From: Selaginella moellendorffii
Taxonomy: Eukaryota; Plantae; Lycopodiophyta
Length of the DNA: 64,000 nucleotides
Reading direction: 5' to 3'
NCBI RefSeq assembly: GCF_000143415.4
Contig: NW_003314295.1
Location: forward strand, 1,732,631 to 1,796,630
The translations under genes and the position numbers were made by a program. Positions within the stretch are counted from its first letter, which is position 1; each line of letters begins with the position of its first letter. Of this stretch, positions 24,219 through 36,004 are shown in pieces. The notes below the pieces were generated by a model, which worked only from the letters and a program-made list of their open reading frames with translations, was not told the DNA's origin and ran no database searches.

Positions 24219-25080
24219 CTATGTTGTTCTCTGATCATTCGCAGCCGCTTGACTCCAGCAGCTCAGATTGTTGAAACAACCACAATCCAAGACATTTGGT
24301 GACAAAAGAGAGTATAGCCTCTTACCTGGAGAGTTACGTCGAGAGTAACTTGTAGGTGAGACGATCAGCTTGGCAAAGTCGAGACTCGTACGGCATGTCA
24401 TCCACCTCCAGGTCACCGTAAACACCCTCCAACACCAACTTTAGACACCGGGCACTTGCGCTCCGTCACAACTCCACCGCGCAACAAGTGGAGTAGCTGG
24501 GTGGTGAGGTCGTTTCCAAAGTTGGACACCCTACCAGCAATCCCGCTGTAAACCTGGAACGCCACTGCTTCCTGAGTTCGACCTGGTTCTCACTCCTCGG
24601 CTCGAGCCTCAACCCGTCCAACTCCAATTCCATTGGAGCCATCGTAGACAAAGAGCGTCGATCGCCTCGCTGCGTCCTCGTGTATGGAACAAGGCGCAGG
24701 CAGGCAGTCGAGAGCAGAGAGAGGAGGAGATGGTCCTGCTCAAACACAAGAATCCCGCGAGTCGACCCTGTCTCCTGTCCGTGGCAGAAGCTCCACCTCC
24801 TGTCGGCTGCGTCCCAGGCAAAGAGCTCGAAGCTACCAGTGCACACATACCCGGCAACCAAGGAGCCACAGAGCGCAGCCAAGCACTTCCCCTCCCTGTT
24901 CTCTCGCTGCTCGCAGGAAGCTCGCCCATGAGGTGCCAGTGGCTTGCTTGGATCACATCGCACGTGGACAGCGCGATGCAGAAGTAGAGGGAGCCAGCGC
25001 TGGAAAATACCCTGAATCTCCGCTCCCATGCAGGGTTGTCAGCCAAAGAGAGAGCTCTCACACTGGACAGTCACGGGAAT
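24219..25080 (-). pseudogene. GC-rich gene-like remnant, possibly derived from an F-box/LRR gene
   Basis: Coding-like composition with broken frames. LLVGCPTLE resembles LLAASPALE; weak. Confidence 0.25.
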
Positions 25081-25157
25081 AGGGGAAGCTTGAACCACTC
25101 GTCACAGTAGCCATAACATGTGTATGCACTCCACGAACCACAAGAACTAAGTAATCT

Positions 25158-26947
25158 TCTAGAATGGTGGAAGCATTAAGCTACCGTAAATTGCTTTTAA
25201 GTTTTTGATAGTAATTACAAGTATTATAATGTCACTTTTAACAAAAGAGGGTTTTTTTATTGTTCATAACGTTAATTAATGTCACAACAATTGTAAAGTT
25301 CTTAGTTAACCTCATTTGCCATGATAATTCCAAACTAAATTGGTTTTTACTGTAATAACTAATTAATTGATAAGCTTTGGAGTAATTCCATTGTTCTCAA
25401 GTTGATCGACTTTCGTTATTTAGTTGCTTGATACTTTGCATGAACCTTGATGGCAAGTTAGTGAAGTATTTAATTCATTATTTGATTGTGAGTATAATTT
25501 TTTTTCTAATGAGAGTATAATTTTCATATTGGCATGGAATGCATAAATAAATTTTTTTATCTCCTTGTTAATATGAGAAAAATTTCAAATGGTAAACCAC
25601 ATATCTATATAAAAAAATTATAAAAGTTAAAATATTAATTTATTGTGAACTTTGTTTTCACTGAAAATATATCCATGGCATCCATTAAAGAATGTAAGTC
25701 CTCACAAATTTTGAGGGTAAACCTGGAAGAAGTTAGTTCTCTTCCACACCAAAAGAAGAGAGTATAAATTTAAAAGGGATGTAATGTCGTAAATTTCAAA
25801 AGTTTGCATTTCTAGAATTTTTAATTGTTATAGCAAAACATGTTTACCTCAATGTTTTTTTGGTGTAGCTTTGTACAATCGTGATGAACGAGTCTATGGC
25901 TTGTGAAAAAAACCGGAAAATTTAATTATATAAATTCCAAAAGAAATTTTTATGTAACTTTAACAATAATTTTTTTTTAATATTATTTTAGATCTTTTTT
26001 ATATTTTTATCTAGTGTGTGCTAGGTAGAATCACAAAAACTAGGTAACCCTCTAGAATGGTGGAAGCATCAAGTTACGCCACAAATTGTTCCCAAACTCT
26101 TGATAGTAGCCACAAGTGTTATAATGCTACTTTTGGCAAAAGAGGGTATTTTTATTATTCATAAGGTTATACAATTAAATTTTAGGAGTTAATGCCACAA
26201 CAATTGTAAAATTCTCAGTTAGCCTCATTTGCCATGGTAATTCCATTGTTTTCAACTATATTAATTTTTGCCGTAATAATTAATTGCTTGATAGGCTTTG
26301 GAGTAACTCCACTGTTCTTAAATTGATTGACTTTCATTACTTAGTTCCTTGATACTTTGCATGAACCTTGATGATAAGTTGGTGAAATATTTAAATCATT
26401 ATTTGATTGTTAGTGTAATTTTCTTTCCAATGAGAGTATAGTTTCCATATTGGCATGGAATGCATAAATAAATTGTTTTGTCTCCTTTTTAATATGAGAA
26501 AAATTTTAAATAGTAAACCACATATCTATATAAAAAAATTATAAAAGTTAAAATATTGATTCACTTGTGAACTTTGTTTTCACTGAAAATACATCTATGA
26601 CATCCATGGTAGAATATAAGTCCTCACAAACTTTGAGGTTAGATTTGGAATAAGTTAGCTCTCTTCCATACCAAAAGAAGAAAGTATAAATTTAAAAGGG
26701 ATGTAATGTTGTAAATTTCAAGAGTTTGCATTTCTAGGGTTTTTAATTTCTATAGAGAAATGCATTTATCTTAATGTTTTTTTTTGTGTAGCCTTGTTCA
26801 AGTGTGATAAATGAGTCTATAGCTTACGAAAATAACATAAAATTTAATTATATAAATTCCAAAATAAATTTTTATATAATTTTAATAAAAATTTAATTTT
26901 TTAATGTTATTTTAGATCTTTTTTATCTTTCTACCTAGTGTGTGCTA
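25158..26947. repeat. Tandem direct duplication of a ~880-bp AT-rich unit
   Basis: Units start ctagaatggtggaagcat (about 25159 and 26052), end ctagtgtgtgcta (about 26022 and 26947), and are collinear throughout. Confidence 0.92.
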
Positions 26948-28140
26948 ATTTATTTTTGATAGCATAAGAATGCACTTCCAATATTAAATTAAAACTATGA
27001 TCTTCGCAAAGTTTAATCATATTACATTTTAAGTAAATATACATTATGGTTATTGTTAACGAGGGGATCAGTGTTAAAATGTAAAATTATTTCTACTTTA
27101 TTTAGCATTAAAATGTAAGTCCTTTAGTATAAATAATAATAGATGTCGAACTCTCACCCAACTCATTATACCAAAATGTAAAAATCAAGAAGCCTTTTAT
27201 TGAATCACTCTTATACATTTTAATAATTGGATTTTACAAAATACTTATTTAAGAAATAAACTTTTCTCCCACTTGTTAATATTATATGCCTTTTTAATAG
27301 AAAAAAAAGATTCAAAATTGATGGTATATTAATGATTAAGGGTTGTGCATTTTTCTTCCCTAAGACTTTATAATTGAGTTAAATTTGATAAAAGTGCATA
27401 AAGGTTGATTATCTGATTTATAGCATGCCATTATTTTATGGATTTATTGTGGGTAGCTACATAATGGCCATAAAAAACTAGATAAAAAGAAATTTAATCC
27501 ATGTTTCAATTGAAAACTTTTGATCATAAATTTGTAAATTTTAAATTTTTTTTTATTATTGATTTTGTATATTTATTTTAAGCTCTCACATTACTAAACA
27601 TAAATGGTTTTAATTGTCCTTAAGGAATGCTTAGATTTTCAAGAGTACTATCAAAAGGTTCATACAACATTAGTTAATCCAGTATTCATATTTCAAATTT
27701 ATTTTAGATTTTTCATTATATTGGTCAATGTATGTTCAAATTATCTTTTATTACCATATATTACTATCTATTTAGCTTTACATCACGTGGAAAAAATTGT
27801 AAGTAACAAAAGACAGCAGTTAATTAGGGTTTAAATCTTTTTTTAATTGGTTAATTGTCTTGGGATACATTGAAGTTATCTATATACTACTTTTTGAATT
27901 AAGTAATATTAGGTTGAGTGACTTGTTTGGAAATTTTTGGTTTAATATACTAAATATAAAGGGTGAGTCGGGCTTTTGAAATTTTTAACTTCTATTTATG
28001 AAAGTATTAATTTATAAGGAAGCATAATAAATTATAAATAACAAAAGAAAAAAACTTAAGAGCAGTTTATTAGAGTTCAAACAATAAATTACAATCCAAA
28101 ACAAAAAGTTAAAGTGTCATTGGGTTTAAATAGTATTAAG

Positions 28141-28345
28141 TTGGGTAAACTAAATCTTCTATAAAATTTAAATTTAGGAACTTATACCAATCTTTATTTT
28201 CTATGCATGTATGCAAGATGAAACAGACTTAGCAACAGCAGGTGAATGAGATTGGGTAACCTTCTATAAAGTTCAAATTTAAAAACTTATACCAATTTTC
28301 ATTTTCTATGCATGTGTGTAAGAGGAGATAGACTTAGTAACAACT
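28141..28345. repeat. Two tandem ~110-bp imperfect repeats
   Basis: ttgggtaa..cttctataaa..aacttataccaat..ttttctatgcatgt..agacttag at 28141 and 28252. Confidence 0.85.
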
Positions 28346-28689
28346 GTATGTATACATATGACAAACCTAGCCAGACCTAGCTATGCATGTACATGATCAT
28401 ATACTTCCTTGTATCTTTTCCATTTATCTCATTTTCTGATTTTTTGTTTGTACCTTTGTTTTAATAATGTAAATGAGTCACATAATATTATCAAACGTAG
28501 TCAAATTTATAAATTTGATTTGCTAAGTTACAAAATTGAATGGTTTGCACCTTGCTCTTTACCATTTTTCTTTTATACTCTTGCATTCCTCTTTGAATCT
28601 CTTAGATGTGATCTTTGTGAGACAACAAATGATTGGCTTAAGAAGGAGTATCTGAATTCCTCACTTCAACGATAGAATCCGTAGTCATG

Positions 28690-29700
28690 GGCTTCCTCCA
28701 AGGGAGAAAACATTTAGCCGGGGTGACTAATAGATTCAAGCAACCAGACTATTTTCCTCCATTGTCTTCACCCAGCACTTGCCACTTTAAACTGAGATAG
28801 AGATCCTTACATCTGCCAGAGCTCTGAAAGAGGAGATCACCTCCAAGTCAAGCTCCTTCTCCAAATGTTCAATAGATAGCACATTCCTACCAAAAGGCAT
28901 TGCCACCAAAGTGGCAGAACAGCTCGATCTGCTAAATGAGATTAGTAACTGAAACAACATGGTTGTGCTATTTTGTTCACCTTTCTTGTTACACAAGAGA
29001 CTTTGAACAAGTATATCATCTCGTATAGCTGCCGCTCACTCAAGTACTAACCAAGAAAAGCTTGCAGCATACCATTTTATCCATGCTCTTCACCATCTGA
29101 CAAAGAAGACCAAAATTACCTTGAAGAAACAGCAAGAGCTCATTTCTTTTAATCATTACTGTAAGCGCATCCATAGGATATAAAATGTAGCTCAGAGTCT
29201 CACCTATTCAGATAATTGCCAAGTGTAAGTTCCGGGAAACAGTGGGACTGGACGAGTAGGCGAACAAGTGATTGATCTCCACGGACTTGTGACAAAAACC
29301 AGTTTTCATTTTCACGGCCGGATCTCTGCCATGCCACAAAAGATACTCATATGGCAAAAGAACTCCCAGCACCTCCAGCATCTGTGGTACCACCACGGAG
29401 TCAAGTAGGTTTGAAAACCGAAGTACCTGCGGCACAAGAATCAACGCGTTGCAAATTTGCACAGACAGTACCTCTGGATCATACGTATCTGGCATGAATG
29501 TTCAGTATTGTAACTTGAGAACCTGTACCTGTGGATGAAAGTAGAGTAAACAAACACAAAAGAGCATAGAAATGGCCAGCACCTTTGCAAGAAGATAAGA
29601 AAGAGAACCCTCACATAGTGCACGAGACAATCAATCAGCTGCAAACGTTTTCCAGAAGCACCGTAGAGAAAACCTCAGAGCTTTATGAGCGAAAAGAGAA
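28690..29700 (-). pseudogene. Remnant of an unidentified multi-exon gene
   Basis: Series of short exon-like segments with GT..AG borders on the minus strand (e.g. VLRFSNLLDSVVVPQMLE) but with in-frame stops. Confidence 0.35.
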
Positions 29701-29702
29701 GT

Positions 29703-30075
29703 TCATCTCACCGCTCCACAGGTCGACGGCAAGAGATGTTCCAGCTTATGCCGCTGACAGATACAAGTATAGAGATTTTCGACGTCCATGCCATCTGGTT
29801 GTGCTCTTGCATGTTCTCGTAAGTGCTCTTCAAATCTGTAACACCAACGTAAAGCATTCCAGGACACGACATTTCTCTCTGGCATGTGGGCAAACGTTTT
29901 CAAAGCTTTATCGATATTCCCGCAATCGGCATAAGCTGACAGCATAGAGTCCATGCCAGGCGACTTCTCTCCACCATAGAGTCGAGCACAAGCTCAGATT
30001 GCTTGAGGCTGCTGCTTTGGGCGTACGCAGCCAACATGGCGTTTCTGACGGACGCCCTCAAACATTTCTGGGGAT
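29703..30075 (-). pseudogene. Shadow of PPR 43518-45464 (segment about 44750-45240)
   Basis: SMLSAYADCGNIDKALKTFAHMPERNVVSWNAL versus SMLSAYAHCGHLDKAEKTFTHMPERNVVSWNAL. Confidence 0.85.
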
Positions 30076-30110
30076 GTCCTGAACAAGGTGCCAAATGTAG
30101 ACATTCCTGG

Positions 30111-30916
30111 CGAGCTTCTCGCCGTAGCAAGAGTGTCTTCTCGCGCTTGGTTGAGAAGCCCAAGCAATTGCGCTTGATCCTGATCCATTCCCGGAGTGTG
30201 GAGCTCGAGAAGCTCGGTGGTTAAGTTGGTGCTCGTCCTCCAGGGTGTGGGAGAAGTCACTGAAGGTGCGAGAGGGATGGACTGTGGACAAAGAAGAGGA
30301 CCCTGTTGCAGGTCATGTGCCAGCCGCGGCGCAAACACCACAATGCTGGCCAAGACATGAAAGACTTTCACAGATCTGGGGAGGACGAGCAACCCTGTGA
30401 TTCGTGATTAATCAGGAGCTCATTTGCATCTCGGTGTCCATATCTCTCCAATTAGCTCGTCCAGATGTATGGGCTATGTGGCAGCCGCGAGGGGTGGAAT
30501 TCGACCCAAGAATTGCTTCTCCTGGTCCGCGAAATGCTTGCTGCATATGCCCACATCGGGGATCTGGTAGACTTTGAGACATTCTGGAAGATGCATTGCT
30601 TCTTTGAACACGATGCCTACCGCGTGAGATTGGCCAGCGTGCCTCAAATCTATGACTACCTCGAGCATGGTAGTCGACGAGATTAATCGTGCCGGACGGT
30701 AATGGCGAGCGCGTATGGATGTTCGGGACTTGATGACGACACGAAAGCCCTGTTGAATGAACACAGTGTGATGCCGTGATTGCATGTTACTGGCATCTAC
30801 AAGACCTCAAAGCCGACCAGATCTCTTTTACGTGCTTGTTTCTGGGATTTAGTCACTGCGGAAGGATGGAAGATGCGGAAGGATAGAAGACGCTTTAAGA
30901 TGCTTCCTCTCGATGC
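30111..30916 (+). pseudogene. Collinear condensed copy of 18291-20560 (AXY9, shared promoter and PPR)
   Basis: Ordered blocks match 18291, 18529, 18623, 18994, 19068, 19172, 19350, 19933, 20198 and 20461. Confidence 0.92.
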
Positions 30917-31164
30917 TCGTGGAACGCTCTAAACGGGAGCAAAAGGAGTTTTCGATCGCAAACCATAGCTTAGTAACTTAGAACTCCATCTTGGCTGGGT
31001 TTGTCATCTGAAAGAGGCAAAGCCTTCTTATCTTGGAACTCGCTCCTCTGTCGTCGCAAAACAGGATGCTGTGAAATGCTGAGCTTGTGTTTGAAGAGAT
31101 GGCCAAGGGACTCTATGGTGTGACCATGCAGATGAGAGCAGGGAACGCTGCCTCTTAACAAAGT

Positions 31165-31810
31165 TTAATTGAGAGGCTTTTATTTCACCAAATTAGTTTC
31201 GTTTGCGCTTCTTATTCTTGCTCATACAGAGGAGCTTTTGGAAAGCAAAGACGCAATACAGGGGGAAAACCTCTGCCTCCGCGGCTGTGAGCCCGCTCAG
31301 CCTGTGCTTGCCAGGAAATTCTTGGAAATTGGCAGGCATGACCAGCTCCAGACCATACTCCCTTGCAAGCTTCTCCCACGCATAAAAAAACACAAGGTAC
31401 TCAGGGCAGTCAATGACCACGCCCTCCAGTGCAAAGTCGTATTCGTTGTCGTGTTGCCCACCCTCTTTAGCTTGTCCAAAACCACCCGTGGTGCCTACAA
31501 ACCATCCGCCCGGCTTTAGCGACGACGAGATGTTGTACAGGGCTGTACGTGCGGTAGCCTCGTTGGATGCAGCGTAATGTATTGCAAGCTGGCAGCTGGA
31601 AGCGTCATACGGTCCCTCCGCTGTGACATCTTGAGGCAAACGTGACGAGAAACAATCGTACTCCACAAACTTGGCTCTCATAGCTCTTAGGGCTTGAGCT
31701 CTCGCCTCGGCCTCCCTGATTCTTTCATGGAGAAGTCCACTCCCAAATATTCACTCCTAGTCCATCCAGCTTATTGCCTCCGCTACCGCAAGCCAGATCC
31801 AAAACCCTGC
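31165..31810 (-). pseudogene. Second mRNA cap methyltransferase pseudogene, an inverted copy of 23185-23890
   Basis: Long near-identical stretches (EYDCFSSRLPQDVTAE..CQLAIHYAASNEATARTALYNISSSLKPGGWFVGTT). Confidence 0.9.
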
Positions 31811-32652
31811 AATAAGCCATCAATGAAAATAAACTATCACTAAAGATTGTCAATCACTTTTTTATTAGAGATGCATAGTTATTATTTAAAAATAATTCAC
31901 TTGGTGAATGACAAATTATTCATTATCAATCAAGAAAAACTTCTAATAAAAAATGATAATCAATTATCACCAAAAATAACAAGATGAGGAAATTAACTCA
32001 AACATCAAATCTAATGAGCTATCCATAAAAGCACAATGATAAACTAGATGATCTGTAAAATATCAGGAGCCAAAACATTTAAAGTCTTGAAAAGCCACTA
32101 TAGAGACAACAATTATTGAACACTGCTCAGAGACAAAATTTACAATTGCAAAAAACATTGCTAAGCCAAATTCACTTGGTGCTTAAGAAAGTTCATAAAT
32201 TATAAACTGAAATAAATGAATTTCCTAGAACCCCATTTAGCCCTGTGGATGGCAAGGAAGGATTGAATGCCAAGGCGCGCAGTGGCAGCATTGATGCTGC
32301 AGCCATAACATTAACCCTGCAAAATATAAAATATTTGGAAGCTCATACTTGTCTATTGCCTTGTGTCCAAAAAAATATATGTATATTTTAAGAACTCACT
32401 ATTGTTCACAAAAATCTGTGTGGCCTATTCTCAAAAATATCTTGGGAAAGAATGTTAATTTACAGAGAAAAAGTATTTTTAAATTTTTGGCCTCTGCAGA
32501 GAGAAGGAAAATTTTGATTAGAATTTCCCAACCATTTTGACTGACCACATTTATTATTCTATTGACTCCAAGTGCACATACATATGCCAAGTTGGAGGAC
32601 ACCATAAGAACACAAAAAGGGCAAGTAACTCGGAGTGTCTCTGCTTTGCTTC

Positions 32653-34722
32653 ATGAGTTCAGGCATAGTGATTGTTCTTCTCGTTTTTTGCTTCATCTGC
32701 TCTTTCTCGAATGCAAAAGAGGAGTCATCTGTGCTTTTGAGCTTCAAAAACTCTGTGGACGATCCATCTAAAACTCTGTCCAGCTGGAATACAAGTGTTA
32801 ACTTCTGCCAGCACTGGAACGGCATAGCCTGCACGGCGAAAGGCCGAGTTTCCATTCTTGCACTTGAGAATTTAGCACTTCCAGGGTCGCTCTTGGTTTC
32901 CACAATCAACTCTTTGCCCTTCTTACTCGAGCTATCTGTCTTGGGAAGCAACTTCACTGATGCTTTGAATTCCTCCAAACAAGCCTGCTCACTTGAGTTG
33001 ATCAAACTGTCGGGTAATCAAAACATGTCTTTCACGACCAATTTTGATGCTATGCTAGTCTGCAAAGGTCTAAAGATTCTCAATCTTTCAAACAATCAAA
33101 TTGAGGGTAAGATTCAGGTGCCAATAGGCAGCGTTTTGGAAGTAATGGATCTCTCCAACAACTTATTTAGTGGGGAGCTTCCCCACTTACTGTTTTCACA
33201 GTGCAAGAGATTGAGATATCTAGACCTCTCCCACAATCATCTCACCGGAGAACTTCCAGAGGATCTTTTTAAAAATTGTACTAATCTGCAGCAAATCTCT
33301 CTGGCCTCCAACAGCTTCCGTGGCACATCATTTCCCTCTATTCACTCCTTGCCATCGCTAGAATTTCTCGACGCTAGCTTCAACAACTTCACAGGTCCGG
33401 TTCCTGCAATTCATGAGAACCTCAAGCATCTTAATCTTAGCTCAAACAATTTCAGCACAACCAGGGAAACCTTATGTCCATCGCTCAACTCCTCGAGGCT
33501 GGAGAGCTTGATCCTGGTCAACAACAAGCTCACCGGAAGGGTATTGGACAGCGTCATGAATTGCTCTAGCCTTAGGATGTTGGATTTGAGCTTCAATTCG
33601 TTAACAGGAGAGATTCCAAGCAGCATATGCAAACAACTTCCCAAGCTCGAGCACTTTCTCGCGTGGGTAAACAACCTCCAGGGGCAGCTTCCCCAAAACC
33701 TTGCATCGTGCAGTAACCTCACCGAGATCATCCTCACTTTCAACAATCTCAGTGGAAACATTCCACCTGAGCTGTTGTCCAGCACAAAGAGCCTCCAATG
33801 GTTATGCTTGAGTAATAACAGATTGAGTGGAGAGTTGCCTGATTCATTGGAGCATGCAAAGGAGATGATAGTGCTTCAGCTGAGCAACAACAGCCTGCAG
33901 GGCAAACTGCCCAGCAACATGACCATGCAGACGATAGATCTCCGTGGAAACAGCTTGAGCGGGAGGATTTCAGCCTCTTTGAATGGTTTCACAGGCACCA
34001 AATCTGCCAAATCCAACGTTGCTGGGACGAGCTTGAAGCTAGCAACAGGGATAAAAACATGTGGTTGCATCGACAACATTTTTATCTTACAAGGAATCTC
34101 TTTGGAAGAAATGGAGAGGCTACTTTCTGCCAAGAGCGGTGGCTGCAAATGCTCCATAAGTTTCCTTCCAGCAAGCTTTTATGGTTTCTCCACCACCAGC
34201 CCTTCCTTCATCGATGTTTCATTCAATAGACTGGTGGGAGACATCCCGCGGGAGCTTGGGAGCATGCAGGACGCCAATTACCTCAGTGTTGCACATAACT
34301 TCCTGTCCGGAACAATCCCCGTGGAGCTCGGGTATCTCAAGAAAGTGATAGGGATGGACTTGTCATTCAATGATCTCCAAGGAAGCATTCCAAGCTCGTT
34401 TTCGTCTCTCCAGTCCCTCACAGGGTTGAATGTGTCGCATAACAACTTGTCCGGTCCAATTCCACAGGGTGGTCAGCTTTGGACACTTGATCCGAGCAGC
34501 TATGCAGGAAATGCCGGTCTGTGTGGTTTCCCTCTAGCGTCATGCATCACATCACCACCAACAGCGACGAATCGTGCTGACCATGGCGATGGCGATGGTG
34601 GATTGGGAGCAGTTCTTGCGGTGAGCTTTGCAATTGGGGTGCTGGTCTCGGTTATCTCCTGTACAATGGTAGTCACCATTGATAGTAGGAAACGCTTTGT
34701 GGAGAGAGCTTGCTATGGATGA
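32653..34722 (+). CDS. Intronless LRR receptor-like protein (signal peptide, LRRNT, LRRs, island domain, 4 LRRs, Cys cap, TM, short tail; no kinase)
   Basis: LLSFK..DP..LSSW..C.HWNGIAC cap, LxxLxLSxNxLxGxIP repeats, GNAGLCGFPL, TM LGAVLAVSFAIGVLVSVI. Confidence 0.93.
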   Translation: MSSGIVIVLLVFCFICSFSNAKEESSVLLSFKNSVDDPSKTLSSWNTSVNFCQHWNGIACTAKGRVSILALENLALPGSLLVSTINSLPFLLELSVLGSNFTDALNSSKQACSLELIKLSGNQNMSFTTNFDAMLVCKGLKILNLSNNQIEGKIQVPIGSVLEVMDLSNNLFSGELPHLLFSQCKRLRYLDLSHNHLTGELPEDLFKNCTNLQQISLASNSFRGTSFPSIHSLPSLEFLDASFNNFTGPVPAIHENLKHLNLSSNNFSTTRETLCPSLNSSRLESLILVNNKLTGRVLDSVMNCSSLRMLDLSFNSLTGEIPSSICKQLPKLEHFLAWVNNLQGQLPQNLASCSNLTEIILTFNNLSGNIPPELLSSTKSLQWLCLSNNRLSGELPDSLEHAKEMIVLQLSNNSLQGKLPSNMTMQTIDLRGNSLSGRISASLNGFTGTKSAKSNVAGTSLKLATGIKTCGCIDNIFILQGISLEEMERLLSAKSGGCKCSISFLPASFYGFSTTSPSFIDVSFNRLVGDIPRELGSMQDANYLSVAHNFLSGTIPVELGYLKKVIGMDLSFNDLQGSIPSSFSSLQSLTGLNVSHNNLSGPIPQGGQLWTLDPSSYAGNAGLCGFPLASCITSPPTATNRADHGDGDGGLGAVLAVSFAIGVLVSVISCTMVVTIDSRKRFVERACYG

Positions 34723-35360
34723 TGGACACACCGAATAAAAAAGAGAGCCCTCAGACTAAGGCCATGTTTTCTCCACACACAACCGAGCGCTCTCTTTCTC
34801 GACAAATCCATTCGCAGCAAAGAGACGAGACCCACAAAGGAAACGACCCAACACTCGTTCTCGAGCCCAGTCTCGTAAGGAGACCAAACAAATGCTCGAT
34901 CAAACAAGCCAGGGCCGCCGCCAATGCGAAACCCCTCTTACCGCAACTTCATCCCTGCCGAGAAAACGAGAGCGCCCAGCCACAAATTCGGTGTGGTTAA
35001 GACAGTGGTCATCACCGGGCTGATGAAATAGATCTCAGCGAAAAGGATTTCCTCACGCTTCCAGGAGCACTGGGAAAGATAACGCAGTGAAAAAACCATC
35101 ACAGATCTGCTAGTAAAAGGGGCATCTCAGAAACCAGGATTAGCAGCTGGTATACCGTGCATCTGCATCGGATCCACAGAGAGACCCATGAAAGCGCAAG
35201 GATAAACAAGGAAATCCTCCCCGATGCCCAAAGAACCCTAGCTACTGACCAAGAACCCTAGTCCCAATAGCGAATTTTATACAGCCAAGAACCCTAATTC
35301 AAGGGCCTCCAAAATTGGAGTAAGAAGATATTTAAAAACGAAAGTTTCTTCGGCCGTAAG

Positions 35361-36004
35361 TTATCTTCTCGCTCGCAGCAATTCCTCGATGACATCTAAT
35401 CGCGTCTCCACTCCGGAGATTCTTGACATGATCGCCTGCCAAAGAGAGCTAGATCGAAAGAGAAAAAAGAAAAACCCATGGATCATACCTCTTCCTTCAT
35501 CCTCCTCTCGTCTTCCTTCCTCGCCTCCTCCTTTCTCTTGGCTTCCTCCGAGCGCGCGTTCCTCGACACCTCGAAAATCACCACTGCTCCTCCAACCTGG
35601 AAAGAATTTTTGGGAAGAATCTCTCAATGCGAAAAGGAATCGAATCGAAGAGTGGCACTTTACTGACCCCAAAAATGAAGAACTCGCCCAGCATCTCCGA
35701 CGCGGCTTGCACGGCCTTCTCCTCGTTGAGCGGCCGGATTTCCACATCCGTGGCGTGGCCATAGATCCGCCTTTGCAGATTCACGCTAAACCTGTGGTTG
35801 AGCTGCAAGAAATCGCGACAACAAGCGCGAGGAGCCAGAGATTTCGAGCGAAATATCGCAATGCCACCGCCATACCTGCGCCATTTTGCTGATCGACTCG
35901 CGAAACCTGGGATGATGCGCCGCCGTCTTCTTCAACCGATTCGCCACGGGCTTGCTCAGCGTCCGCAATGCCAGAGTGGCCAGCTTCATCAATGGGAAGA
36001 TCAT
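35361..36004 (-). CDS. OPA3-like protein, 4 exons
   Basis: FPLMKLATLALRTLSKPVANRLK and IRPLNEEKAVQAASEMLGEFFIF OPA3-family motifs with GT-AG introns. Confidence 0.92.

Noticed and set aside
25100-28600. Autonomous transposon in the AT-rich blocks
   Set aside because: No transposase, RT or Rep/helicase remnant, and no TIR, LTR or TSD could be identified by eye.
35229-35298. Three CAAGAACCCTA copies as interstitial telomere
   Set aside because: Not tandem and they deviate from AAACCCT; at most telo-box-like motifs.
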